Part shown: positions 16,895 to 27,000 of the stretch, piece after piece
Numbering within the stretch: position 1 is the stretch's first letter
How the letters are laid out: each line of letters starts with the position of its first letter
Virus record (IMG/VR): IMGVR_UViG_3300026291_000001
Coordinates: 311-64,310 of that record
DNA length: 64,000 nt
Reading direction: 5' to 3' (one strand)
Source: a virus
Made by a program: the position numbers and the translations under genes
Notes under the pieces: model-generated
Database searches by the model: none
The model's input: the letters and a program-made list of their open reading frames with translations, nothing else
Told to the model about the DNA's origin: nothing

Positions 16895-18880
16895 ATGGCT
16901 GATCCCTATAGTGCTAATGTAAGTCTGTTACTTCATTGTGATGGGACTAATGGCAGCACGACGTTTACCGATAGCTCTTTAAACACAAAAACCATAACTG
17001 CTGTAGGGGCTATATTAAGTACTACTTCCCCTAAATTTGGAACAGCAGGGTTCTATAGTTCAGCAGCAGATCCCAGTCATTATCTATATGGTACAGGGTC
17101 TTCAGATTTTTCTTTTGGCACTGGTGATTATACTGTAGAGTTTTGGATAAATCCTATAACTCGGCCCAGTCTTGGATATATTTATTGTAATTCTGATACT
17201 ACTAATGCAGCAAATGCCGTCACTATAGCCCTACATCCCGCTAATGGGTTTTTATTTACTCTTGGAAATAATGCCTCTTTTTACTCCTTAGGCACTGTTA
17301 CTAATAATACTTGGTATCATGTTGCTGTAAGTAGAAGTGGAACAAGCGTTAGAGCTTTTATTAATGGAACTCAAGTTGGATCTACAGGCACTGATACTGC
17401 TACTCATACTATAGGAGCAAATGCTCCTTATATAAATGGTGGTGTGGCTACTGGTACAAATAGTTATTTAGATGAAATCAGGGTCACTAAAGGTATAGCT
17501 AGGTATACCTCAAACTTTACTCCCCCTGCGGCAGCTTTTGATAACCCGTCAACCACTGTAGCGCACAGCATCGTTGGAAATATACCGTTAGTAACAACTG
17601 TAGCGGCGACTCTTCAAAAGCATACGGCAACCATAGCGCACAGTATAGTTGGCAACATCCCGTTGGTAACGACGGTAGCAGCGGTGATGCACAAGCGTAA
17701 TTCCAATTATCACGCTATCATCGGTAATATCCCACTTACAACGACCGTAGCGGCAACCATGCATAAGCGTACAGCACATCGCATAGTTGGAAATATACCG
17801 CTGACAACTACCGTAGCGGCTACTCTGCAAAAGCATACCGCGACTATCGCTCATAATATTGTTGGCAACATCCCGTTAACAACAACCGTAGCGGCACTGT
17901 TAAATTCCCATATAATGCCACGCGTGAATATTGAAGGCGGTGGCTTTAATAGCGTTCTGACTGCAACTCTAAACAGTTTTGAAAACATGGCAGTACAGGG
18001 CGGCGCGTTCACCTCGTCCTTGTCGTCTTATTTTGGCGGCAACATCGAAGGCGGAAACTTTAACTCGGTGCTGGATTCAACCATTACCGGGATCCCATCG
18101 TTTTTTATCAGTGGCGGTGCGTTCAATTCAGCGCTGTCTGCAACGATTAGTTATGAAACTAATATCAATGCCCAGGGTGGCGCGTTTAAGTCGTCCCTTG
18201 AGGCTAATTTTGGCTGGAATACACAAGGTGGCGGCTTTGCCAGTAGCTTATCAGCGGAGTTTTCCGGCTGGGCTTCGTTGTCGGTAGCAGGCGGTGCGTT
18301 TACTTCGGTATTTAATAGTGAGATAACCGGCTATTATGGGATTAACGTAAAAGGCGGCGCGTTCAGGTCACAATTATTGTGGATGGACATTCAGGGCGGC
18401 GGCTTTTCTACCGGACTGAAAGCGCATATTGATGTGGGGGCGGCTAATAGTGTGGCTTTTTGTATGAACATTATTACTCAGGAAAGCACTCGTTGGACCA
18501 ATATTCGGTTTAACCACATCATTGCTATTGGTCAAAAATACTTCGGTGTTACAGATGCAGGACTTTTTGAAATATCGACTAACTACTTAACTGATAATAG
18601 CGTACCTATAAACGGAATCGCACGATTGCGAGACGATGATTATGGTTCGTTCAACTCAAAGAATTGTCCTGCAGTCTATTTAGACTCAGATACCAAAACC
18701 CATATAACACCTTTTGTCGATGGCGTTAAACAACATACCTACCCAAGTCAGTTCAACGGTAGAAAGACTAGATTAGGGCTTGGAAATCAAGGCCGTTACT
18801 GGCAGTTTGAAATACAGAATATAGTCAAGCTTAATGGATTAGAAGTTTTGGTAGCTGAGAAACAGCGGCGGGTAAAATAA
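16895..18880 (+). CDS. tail fibre protein with LamG/concanavalin-A-like domain and tandem repeats
   Basis: VSLLLHCDGTNGSTTFTD, FGTGDYTVEFW, WYHVAVSRSG, YLDEIRVTKGIARYTSNF; five H.I.GNIPL.TTVAA repeats; many GG.F.S.L repeats. Confidence 0.75.
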   Translation: MADPYSANVSLLLHCDGTNGSTTFTDSSLNTKTITAVGAILSTTSPKFGTAGFYSSAADPSHYLYGTGSSDFSFGTGDYTVEFWINPITRPSLGYIYCNSDTTNAANAVTIALHPANGFLFTLGNNASFYSLGTVTNNTWYHVAVSRSGTSVRAFINGTQVGSTGTDTATHTIGANAPYINGGVATGTNSYLDEIRVTKGIARYTSNFTPPAAAFDNPSTTVAHSIVGNIPLVTTVAATLQKHTATIAHSIVGNIPLVTTVAAVMHKRNSNYHAIIGNIPLTTTVAATMHKRTAHRIVGNIPLTTTVAATLQKHTATIAHNIVGNIPLTTTVAALLNSHIMPRVNIEGGGFNSVLTATLNSFENMAVQGGAFTSSLSSYFGGNIEGGNFNSVLDSTITGIPSFFISGGAFNSALSATISYETNINAQGGAFKSSLEANFGWNTQGGGFASSLSAEFSGWASLSVAGGAFTSVFNSEITGYYGINVKGGAFRSQLLWMDIQGGGFSTGLKAHIDVGAANSVAFCMNIITQESTRWTNIRFNHIIAIGQKYFGVTDAGLFEISTNYLTDNSVPINGIARLRDDDYGSFNSKNCPAVYLDSDTKTHITPFVDGVKQHTYPSQFNGRKTRLGLGNQGRYWQFEIQNIVKLNGLEVLVAEKQRRVK

Positions 18881-18991
18881 AGTTACAAAAATGCTATAAT
18901 AGTAAAGCACAGATAGGGGGATACCCCGAATACCAGTACCTAGCTGACCTCTGTGCATCCTTTCTAGGAATTGCTGTAGGAGGCAATAAAA

Positions 18992-19519
18992 ATGTTAACT
19001 CAAGAATATTTGAAAGAATGCGTAGATTATAATCGTGATACTGGTATTTTTATTTGGTTACATAGACCTGAATGTCATTTTAAAAATAAAAGGTCATTTA
19101 AACAACGTAATGCAGCACGTACTGGAAAACAGACAGGTTCATTTGATGGTAAAGGATATTATACGATCAGTATTGATAACAAATCCTATTTATCCCATAG
19201 ATTAGCTTGGCTTTATGAATATGGTAAGTTCCCTGAAAATGATATTGATCATGTAGATGGTAATAGATTAAATAACAGAATATCAAATTTACGAGAAGCT
19301 ACCAGATTACAAAATATGCAAAATCAAAGAGCACCTAGAGGGAATAATAAAACAACAAATTTACTTGGAGTGAGTCTAATACCAAGTTCTGGTAAATTTA
19401 GAGCACGTGTAACTGTTGCTGGAAAAACCCTATTTAGTGGTTGTTATAAAACAAAAGAAGAGGCTGCTATAGCCTATACAGACGCTAAAAGGAGATTTCA
19501 CCCATTCGGAAATTTATAA
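18992..19519 (+). CDS. HNH homing endonuclease with AP2 domain
   Basis: YLSHRLAWLYEYG, IDHVDGNRLNNRISNLREAT, GKFRARVTV. Confidence 0.9.
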   Translation: MLTQEYLKECVDYNRDTGIFIWLHRPECHFKNKRSFKQRNAARTGKQTGSFDGKGYYTISIDNKSYLSHRLAWLYEYGKFPENDIDHVDGNRLNNRISNLREATRLQNMQNQRAPRGNNKTTNLLGVSLIPSSGKFRARVTVAGKTLFSGCYKTKEEAAIAYTDAKRRFHPFGNL

Positions 19520-19532
19520 TCAGGAGAATAAC

Positions 19533-21437
19533 GTGATTGATCCAGATGTATTAATATTAGAAAACGTAGCCAGAGCCAACGACTATCTGGGAAAAGCTGA
19601 CAGCGCCATATCAGAAATTAGAAGCACGCACTTTACCCAGTACGGCTTTCTGACGCCTCCTGATATTAACTTTAGCTATCCAAACTACACAGCACCTGCT
19701 AAAGATAACACCCCTGTTCCTGTTTATGAGCCGCCCACTACGCGGTTGCCTACGCTACCTGCGTTAGCGGATGTCGCTACCATTCCCAAACCAACCTTTC
19801 CTGACGCGCCGGTTCTCAATATCAGCGGCCTGTTCAACGAAGTTAAACCCTCGACCAATATTCCCGACTGGAATAATGCCGAGCCTGATATGCGCATCGA
19901 TGCCCTGGTTGCGGAAATGGATGCCTTAGTGATGCCGGTCTTGAGTACGATTGACTTCCCGGTCATTGAACCACTGCACATAGGTCCAGCGCCCGGTCTG
20001 ACAATCCCTGCCTATACAGCACCGCTGCCGCCCGATACCTTACGCGAGCCGGTCAACTATCAGGCTCTGGTAGAAAGTAAATATCAAACATTATTACCGG
20101 AAATGCAGGGCTACATCGACGATAAAGTGGATAGCTGGCTATCTACCTATGCGCCGGAATATAATAATCTTAGAAACCTGTTAGCGGATAAGATAATAGG
20201 TTCCCTTAATGGCGATCAAATCTTGCCAGACCATTTTGAAGCGGCGCTGTATACCCGCGCCCGTGGCCGTGTTGAACAAGAGTTTGCCGCTATTGAAGAA
20301 GGACTTGCCGATACTTACAGCAAGCGCGGCTTTATCGCCCCGCCGGGCGCTTTAACCGCAGGACTCCATGCCGGACGTTTAAAAGGCGCGGACGCCTTGG
20401 CGAACCAGTCTACCGATATTTACATCGAGCGTCGTAAACAGGAAATTCAACACCTGCAATTCATTATGACCATGGCGGATTCCCAAGTGATGGGGCTGCG
20501 TAGTCTGGCGATGCAGTATGCCGGGGTGTTATTAAACACCGTTCAGCAAGCGCTCGCCTTCTCAACGCAACTGGGCGAGATGGCTATCAAGTTGTATGAC
20601 CACCTGATGGCGCGTGCGCAATTTATTCTCGCTGTGATGGCGGAGCTTCGTGCCCAGTATGAAACTAACCTGAAATCAGCGTTATCAGCACTGGAAGGCT
20701 ACCGCCTGCAACTGGAAGCGGAGAAAGCCAAAAAAGATGTAGAACTGGCCGTTGTGACCATCCTGGAAGCGGAAGTAAGAACCCAGGAATTGCTGGTTAG
20801 CCGTTATAGCGCGATGATTGACGCGATTAGCCGCAAGGCTACCGTGGAAGAATTGAAGCTAAAAGGCTATGAGATACGTTCAGAAGTCTTCAGAACCCAA
20901 ATTCAGGCGCAAGTGGCGGGCTTTGATATTTATAAGGCGTCCTTATCCGGCGATCAATCCAAGATGGAAGGCGAATTGTCCAAGCTTAAAATTTATGAAA
21001 GCCAGTTAGGTGCTATTACTAAAGAAATGGAAGCCAATATCAAGTCTACGGAATCCACGATTGCCACGAATGATGCAAAGATTAAGGTATTTCAAGCAAA
21101 TGGAGACGTGTATAAATTAGATTCTCAGGCTGCTATCCAGAAATTCAGTGCATTGGCTGAAGTTAAAAAGATGGCACAATCCCTATACAGCACAGAACTA
21201 CAGGGTAGCGTGCAGATTTATCAATCCTTGATAGAACAGCCTAAACTTATTCTCGATGCTGTGATGAGGGAATATGAGGGCCGTATCAGGAGCTTTGAAA
21301 CGACCGGCAGGTTGAATACTGAGGAGTTACGCAGGGTGCAATCTGCCAGTGAGGCTTTGGCTGCGGGTTATAGTGGTATCGCTCAAAGTGCCCTCGGAAG
21401 CGCAACTTCTCAAATTTCTTCGATTACGAGTGTTTAG
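19533..21437 (+). CDS. internal virion / ejection protein (coiled-coil)
   Basis: Pro-rich N-terminus and long helical coiled-coil; position before the giant ejection proteins. Confidence 0.5.
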   Translation: MIDPDVLILENVARANDYLGKADSAISEIRSTHFTQYGFLTPPDINFSYPNYTAPAKDNTPVPVYEPPTTRLPTLPALADVATIPKPTFPDAPVLNISGLFNEVKPSTNIPDWNNAEPDMRIDALVAEMDALVMPVLSTIDFPVIEPLHIGPAPGLTIPAYTAPLPPDTLREPVNYQALVESKYQTLLPEMQGYIDDKVDSWLSTYAPEYNNLRNLLADKIIGSLNGDQILPDHFEAALYTRARGRVEQEFAAIEEGLADTYSKRGFIAPPGALTAGLHAGRLKGADALANQSTDIYIERRKQEIQHLQFIMTMADSQVMGLRSLAMQYAGVLLNTVQQALAFSTQLGEMAIKLYDHLMARAQFILAVMAELRAQYETNLKSALSALEGYRLQLEAEKAKKDVELAVVTILEAEVRTQELLVSRYSAMIDAISRKATVEELKLKGYEIRSEVFRTQIQAQVAGFDIYKASLSGDQSKMEGELSKLKIYESQLGAITKEMEANIKSTESTIATNDAKIKVFQANGDVYKLDSQAAIQKFSALAEVKKMAQSLYSTELQGSVQIYQSLIEQPKLILDAVMREYEGRIRSFETTGRLNTEELRRVQSASEALAAGYSGIAQSALGSATSQISSITSV

Positions 21438-21566
21438 AGTGCAAGCGACAAACTTTCCCTTTTAAGTAATTTTAAAAGCTTTTAGGAGGTCTGTAAGTCA
21501 CGAATACTAATGTTTTAAAAGATGATATAACTTGATAATGCTATCATATTGTGATAGTATATAGCC

Positions 21567-21821
21567 ATGAAAACCAAGCACACTAAAACCTTGATAGCCA
21601 TTTATGCCAAGCCAACCCCAGCAACGCTGGAATGGCAACACATAGAATCTCTATTGATCGCTTTAGGTTGCCGGGTTATCGAAGGACGCGGGTCACGGGT
21701 ACGGTTTGAGTTTCAGGGTAGAGTGGTGGCGTTTCATCGGCCGCACCCCGCTAAAGAAGCCAAACCATACCAAGTCGAACAAGCCCGCGATTTTCTATTG
21801 GCTATAGGGGTTAAACCGTGA
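21567..21821 (+). CDS. hicA: HicA toxin (mRNA interferase)
   Basis: IEGRGSRVRF...FHRPHPAKEAKPYQV. Confidence 0.9.
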   Translation: MKTKHTKTLIAIYAKPTPATLEWQHIESLLIALGCRVIEGRGSRVRFEFQGRVVAFHRPHPAKEAKPYQVEQARDFLLAIGVKP

Positions 21822-22153
21822 ATACATTGACTTATAAGGGCTATACCGCCAGGATAGATTTTGATGATAGAGACAATATTTTAGTAGGCAGATTGCTGGG
21901 TATCAACGATTTCATCGGCTTTCATGCTGACAATGGCACAGAGTTACGAGAGGCATTTAAGGAAGCTGTAGACGATTATCTGGAAGCTTGCCAAGAAGTA
22001 GGTAAGACCCCAGATAAGCCTTCTAATGGCAAGTTACTGTTACGCATACCGCCAGAAGTTCATGCCGCTGCGCTGGTCGCTGCAAAAGCCGCTGGTAAAA
22101 GTCTGAATGCGTGGGCAGGTGAGGTTCTTACCGGAGCTTGTCATGGACACTAG
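21818..22153 (+). CDS. hicB: HicB antitoxin
   Basis: MNTLTYKGYTARIDFD...FHAD...AVDDYLEAC...GKLLLRIPPEVH...SLNAW. Confidence 0.92.
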   Translation: MNTLTYKGYTARIDFDDRDNILVGRLLGINDFIGFHADNGTELREAFKEAVDDYLEACQEVGKTPDKPSNGKLLLRIPPEVHAAALVAAKAAGKSLNAWAGEVLTGACHGH

Positions 22154-22410
22154 AACCGTATACATGCAGTGTTTGGTATTCGCAAAAAAATAGGCATATT
22201 GGCATGATTACAGCTACGAATGGGGCATATAAGACGACTTGAATCAGGTAATATATGGGTTAATTCTTGCGTAGTGGGCAATTCTGAAAAGGGCGTTATT
22301 GATAAAACCTATAGGCTTGATTCATAAAGGCTTGAATACCCATAATAACAAGCACATAATCGCTAAATACCAGCGCCGCGAGGCACTACCTTCCTCATCT
22401 GGAAACAGTC

Positions 22411-24054
22411 ATGCAAACTCAAACAGTCAAACCACTGGGTACAAAAGTTCCCGGCGTTCAAAGAACCGGAAATAGTTACAGCGAAGCGCCGCCCCCCATC
22501 GTTACCGAGAGAAAACCCTATCAGCCCATCCTGCAAACGGTTCAAGCCGGACAGCCTGACCCGAAACAAACGCTGTTAACCGTGCCTACCCCGGTAGCGT
22601 GGAAAGACCGCCTGGGTTATAAGGACGGCGGCGAGGTTAAGGACAGGCCCAAGTTAGCCGCCAAGAAAGGCCCTGTTACCGGACCCGGTACCGCAACTTC
22701 GGATTCAATACCTGCCAAGTTGTCCAAAGGCGAGTTCATCATCCCGGCAGCTATCGTTAAGCAGTACGGCAAGGCGTTCTTCAATAAGCTGATTGGTGGT
22801 ACCAAAGAACCGGATACGGACGATAAGGGCAGGCCGAAGTTAGCGCAAGGCGGTGGCTTATCGGATGCGGAAAAAATAAGAATCAAGTCACTCATTGCGC
22901 CGGTAAATGATAGTTCACCTGACAATACCGGATTAATTAAAAATTTGCCACAATCTAAATTAACCACGCAAAACTCAAGTGCTTATCCCTCATTAAATAA
23001 ACAGACGTTTATGCCTGATGTATACCCAAAAAATAAAGCATTCACAACAGGAAGTGGATTAGGCACGCAAGGGATAATGATCCCACCTGATTTAAACAAA
23101 GATATGTTGCAACTACCTAAAGAACAACCGGCAACTATACCCGAGCAACCCTCATCTACAGGTTTTGACGTTAACGGTATGCTGGGACAGCAAATTCCTT
23201 TTCCTAAAGTTAATCTTGGCGATCCTAACCGGGCAGGACAAGTTAAACCGCAACAACAACAGTTTAAACCCACTCAAGTTATTAACAGACCGGCTGGAAA
23301 CGAATACCGGAACGATTTAGGCAACGGTAACTATATAGGCGCTAGTCAACAAAAAACAGCGCCAAAGGTAGATAGGATGCGGGCTTTAATGACACCGTCC
23401 ACAGATGCGCAAAAACAAAACCGCGCAGAGCAAGCAAAAATTGTTGACGATCGCTATGCCTGGGCTGGAAATAAGGAAGCTGAACGGCAACAAGCGCAAC
23501 GCACCGCGCAGCAAGACCAGATGACCCAACAAGCCAATAACACCTTACTGGCTCCGACGGTCAGCGGCGATCTGCTGGGCATGGTCCGGCAAAAGCACGA
23601 TAGGGCGGCGGCCGGTGAGTTCTTGAACCAAAACAATAACAGTCAGCAGATTCAGGCAAACAACCGGCTGGGACTGGGGAAACTGGCGACCGATCAGGCG
23701 CAGTTCGATCAGACCATGGGCTATAATAAAGAGGCTGCCAAGAATGCAGGAACACTCAAGGCGGAGGAAATGGCGCAAGAAAAAGAGTTAAAGACCATCG
23801 AAAACACTAAACCTGTTCAAAAAAGGAATGTTGACATTTATGCTGAAGGTGTCAAAACAGGCGAAGAACCAGGTGGGTTAATAACCTATGATCCGGCAAC
23901 AAAGACCTGGGGATCAAAACTGGATGCGGGTCAGCAAACTTCAACAGCTGAGCAACAGTTCCTGGAAGCGCACCGACAAGCGGCCAAAGAAAAAGACCCT
24001 GCAATTAAAGCCAAACTGATTGCAGCCGCTAATGCGATTTACCACCAAACATAG
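22411..24054 (+). CDS. internal virion / ejection protein
   Basis: GPGTATSDSIPAKLSKGEFIIPAAIVKQYG motif; Q-rich low complexity. Confidence 0.55.
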   Translation: MQTQTVKPLGTKVPGVQRTGNSYSEAPPPIVTERKPYQPILQTVQAGQPDPKQTLLTVPTPVAWKDRLGYKDGGEVKDRPKLAAKKGPVTGPGTATSDSIPAKLSKGEFIIPAAIVKQYGKAFFNKLIGGTKEPDTDDKGRPKLAQGGGLSDAEKIRIKSLIAPVNDSSPDNTGLIKNLPQSKLTTQNSSAYPSLNKQTFMPDVYPKNKAFTTGSGLGTQGIMIPPDLNKDMLQLPKEQPATIPEQPSSTGFDVNGMLGQQIPFPKVNLGDPNRAGQVKPQQQQFKPTQVINRPAGNEYRNDLGNGNYIGASQQKTAPKVDRMRALMTPSTDAQKQNRAEQAKIVDDRYAWAGNKEAERQQAQRTAQQDQMTQQANNTLLAPTVSGDLLGMVRQKHDRAAAGEFLNQNNNSQQIQANNRLGLGKLATDQAQFDQTMGYNKEAAKNAGTLKAEEMAQEKELKTIENTKPVQKRNVDIYAEGVKTGEEPGGLITYDPATKTWGSKLDAGQQTSTAEQQFLEAHRQAAKEKDPAIKAKLIAAANAIYHQT

Positions 24055-24071
24055 AAATACCAGGAACTATC

Positions 24072-27000
24072 ATGGCCGCAAATCCTTACCGGACAGCCTT
24101 CGAAGCTATTAAGCCCGGCTCTTATGCCGATAGTGTGGAGTCTGGCGCACCGGAACCCGCAGCTAATAATAATCCGTATGAAAAAGCCTTTACGGAGATA
24201 CGCAATGCACCCAAGCCTGCCGGTACGCTGCGTCAACTGGGTACTCAACTAGGCGCGGGCGCTGTGGTTGATCTTCCAAGAATGGTGGGTCAGGCAGCGC
24301 AAGCTTTTAGCACAGAAGGCTCACCTACTACCAGGTTAGGTAAATCATTAGTGGCAGGCGCGGAGCAACGCGCTCCTAATTGGGAACCTGATTTAAGCGA
24401 TAAGAATGAAGTTCAAAAAGCTTTAATTACAGGAAGCCGATCCATAGCGCCTAGTTTGGCTACAGTAGGCGCTTATGCAGTTCCGTTTGCAGGGCCGGTA
24501 TTAGGGCCTGCTGCAACGATAGGTTTATATGGTGGCAGTCAATATCAGGACACTTATGAGAAAGCCAAACTGGCAGGAAACACCGACGAACAAGCCCATT
24601 TAGCGGGACTTGGCACCGGCGCTATTCAAGGTGGCGGAGAAGCTTTAGCTAATAAGATAACGCTAGGCTTATTCGGTGCCGGAAAAAATGTTGCCAAAGC
24701 AGGCATACAAGGTTTAACGGATACCTCAGTCATTAAACCCTTTGCTAAAAGCTTAGGGGTAGCCGCCATAGGCGAACCTGCTACGGAAGTAGGCCAGGAT
24801 ATAGGCACTGCGTTAGTAGAAAGAAATCAAGGTATACCTACTGGGCCTTTAAGCGATATAGCTTATCAATCAAGTACGGCGGCTTTAGGCATGACTGCCT
24901 TGTTTGCTCCATTTGGACTGGGAGGTCATGCAAATAATGCCAGACAAGTTCAAAACCGGAATAACGTCTTAACTGATACCACGAAAGCTCCTGAAGAACG
25001 TGTTAATGCAGCTAATGCCTTACACGCTCAAGCTAAACAGCTTGGCATAGCCGATGCCGATTTATGGCATAGTCAGGCAATGGACAGTATTAGTGCCGGA
25101 TTACCCGTTAGTTTATCTAACCCTGTTATAGCACAAGGCCCGCTCACTAGAGCCGCCAACAGCAACCCAGACTCAGTAGCAGCAGCGGCGGCACAGATCC
25201 AATCCACTAACCTTGCGCAAGCTGAAACAGACCGTGTAGCGCAAGAGCAAGCGGCAGCCAAGCAGGCCGACGACGCCAATAAGCAAGTTATCGCAGAGGC
25301 AAAAGCCAAAGAAACTGCGGCTAAGGCCGAACAAATAAAAGCTCAACAACAAAAACAACCAGGAGCAGACATTGGAACACCTGACACTAGCGGCCTTAGA
25401 GCAGATAATCAATCAGCAGTCAGACGCGTTACACCGGCTAGAGCACCAAGTTCAGGACTTGGAACTCAAGCTACAGGCATTAATACACCAGCACCTGACC
25501 TTACCGGAACAGCAACGGTTAGCGATGCATCGGAGGACATTAACTTAACACCCGCGCAAGCGGCCCTTAAACAAACGGAGAAACAAGATGTCGAAAGGCA
25601 AAAAAATACCACCGAAACCACCGAAACCCTGCTGAAAACTGAAGCGCCCGATAACAAGGGCGCTGAACCCTTCCCAGCAACCCACATAATGAGTGATGGA
25701 AATAAGGCTATCATTCAAAAGGATGGTTCTTTTAACGATATTAATGGCGATAATTGGACTGATCCTTATGCTGAAAAAATTAAACCCACTACCGAGACAA
25801 AAGCGAATGTCCCTGCACCAGCAAATCCGAAAATTGCACCAATCGAATCAGAAAAATCAGGAGCAGGTAAGACTGCATCCGGAATTATACAGACTAGCAA
25901 AGAAGCATCAGCCGAGCCTGTGGGAACGGATAAAGGAGTGGTTACGGGACTGACCGAAGATTCTTATACAAAAATAGATAATGAAAATATAAGAATAGAT
26001 GATGAAAATAGATGGGGAAAGCCAAAACTAAAAGAACACTTGGATAATGGTAATTTGCCCATTATTGATAAGCGTGATGAAGGTGGTATAAGAACTTATG
26101 AAGCAAAAGGTACTGGTAATCCGCTCCCTAAATGGAACGTGAGATTAACATTAACACCTGAAGAAAAAAAGGCAGCACAGAGAGCAGAAGCAGATTACGA
26201 GCTTGCTGAATCAGCAGAAGAAAAACAAAGCGCAAAAGATAATCTTGAAAAAATATTACTTAATGCCTCAAAACGAGCAGTACAAGAAACGGAAAGTTTG
26301 GCAAACCAAACAGAGGTAAAAACCAGTGAACAAGTCAAAAAAGAAGCGCCTGCGCAAGCTGTTCAAACGCCTAGTACCACTGAGGGATTAGATAATGCGA
26401 GAAATCTTGTTGCGAAAATAAGAGAGTCTCTTGCGCGTCCAGGTTCGGCAGGCATGTTAACAACACCAGCTGAATTAAAGAAAGTAGCGACGGATTTAGG
26501 TGTTTATAGCAAAGCCCATAAACCTATTCAGGTATTAGAAGCAGTCGAGGCCAAGTTAGCCGAAGTACAACAACCCACGCAGCCAGTGCCCAAGGCCGAA
26601 GCACAGGCTACCGTAGAAACACCAGCAGCACCTCAGACCCAACAAGAACAAATGAAGGCCAAGCTTGCGCAACAACGCCAATCCGAGCCTGATGTAACCC
26701 AAATCAGCAAAACGCATACGAAGATAAACAGCAGGGCGCAAGTCGAGCTAATTAATACCGGAACTGGACAATCCGTATTTCCAGGCAAGACATTCAAAAC
26801 ACCAACGGAAGCTAATCAGTTTTTCAAGGCGGCCAAGCAGACGCAATTATTGGCAGCAGGAAACACGCAGCCTACGGAAGCCAAGGCCGAGCCGGTTAAA
26901 TCCGAATTACAATTAAATAAGACTGGAAAGATAGAATCATTAGCGGATTTGATCAGTATTGCTCTATCAAGAAAAGACGGCAATAAGGCTTTCTCAGAAC

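Noticed and set aside
12712-18880. Diversity-generating retroelement acting on tail fibre genes
   Set aside because: No reverse transcriptase and no TR/VR pair differing at adenines were seen; the internal repeats are ordinary coding tandem repeats.
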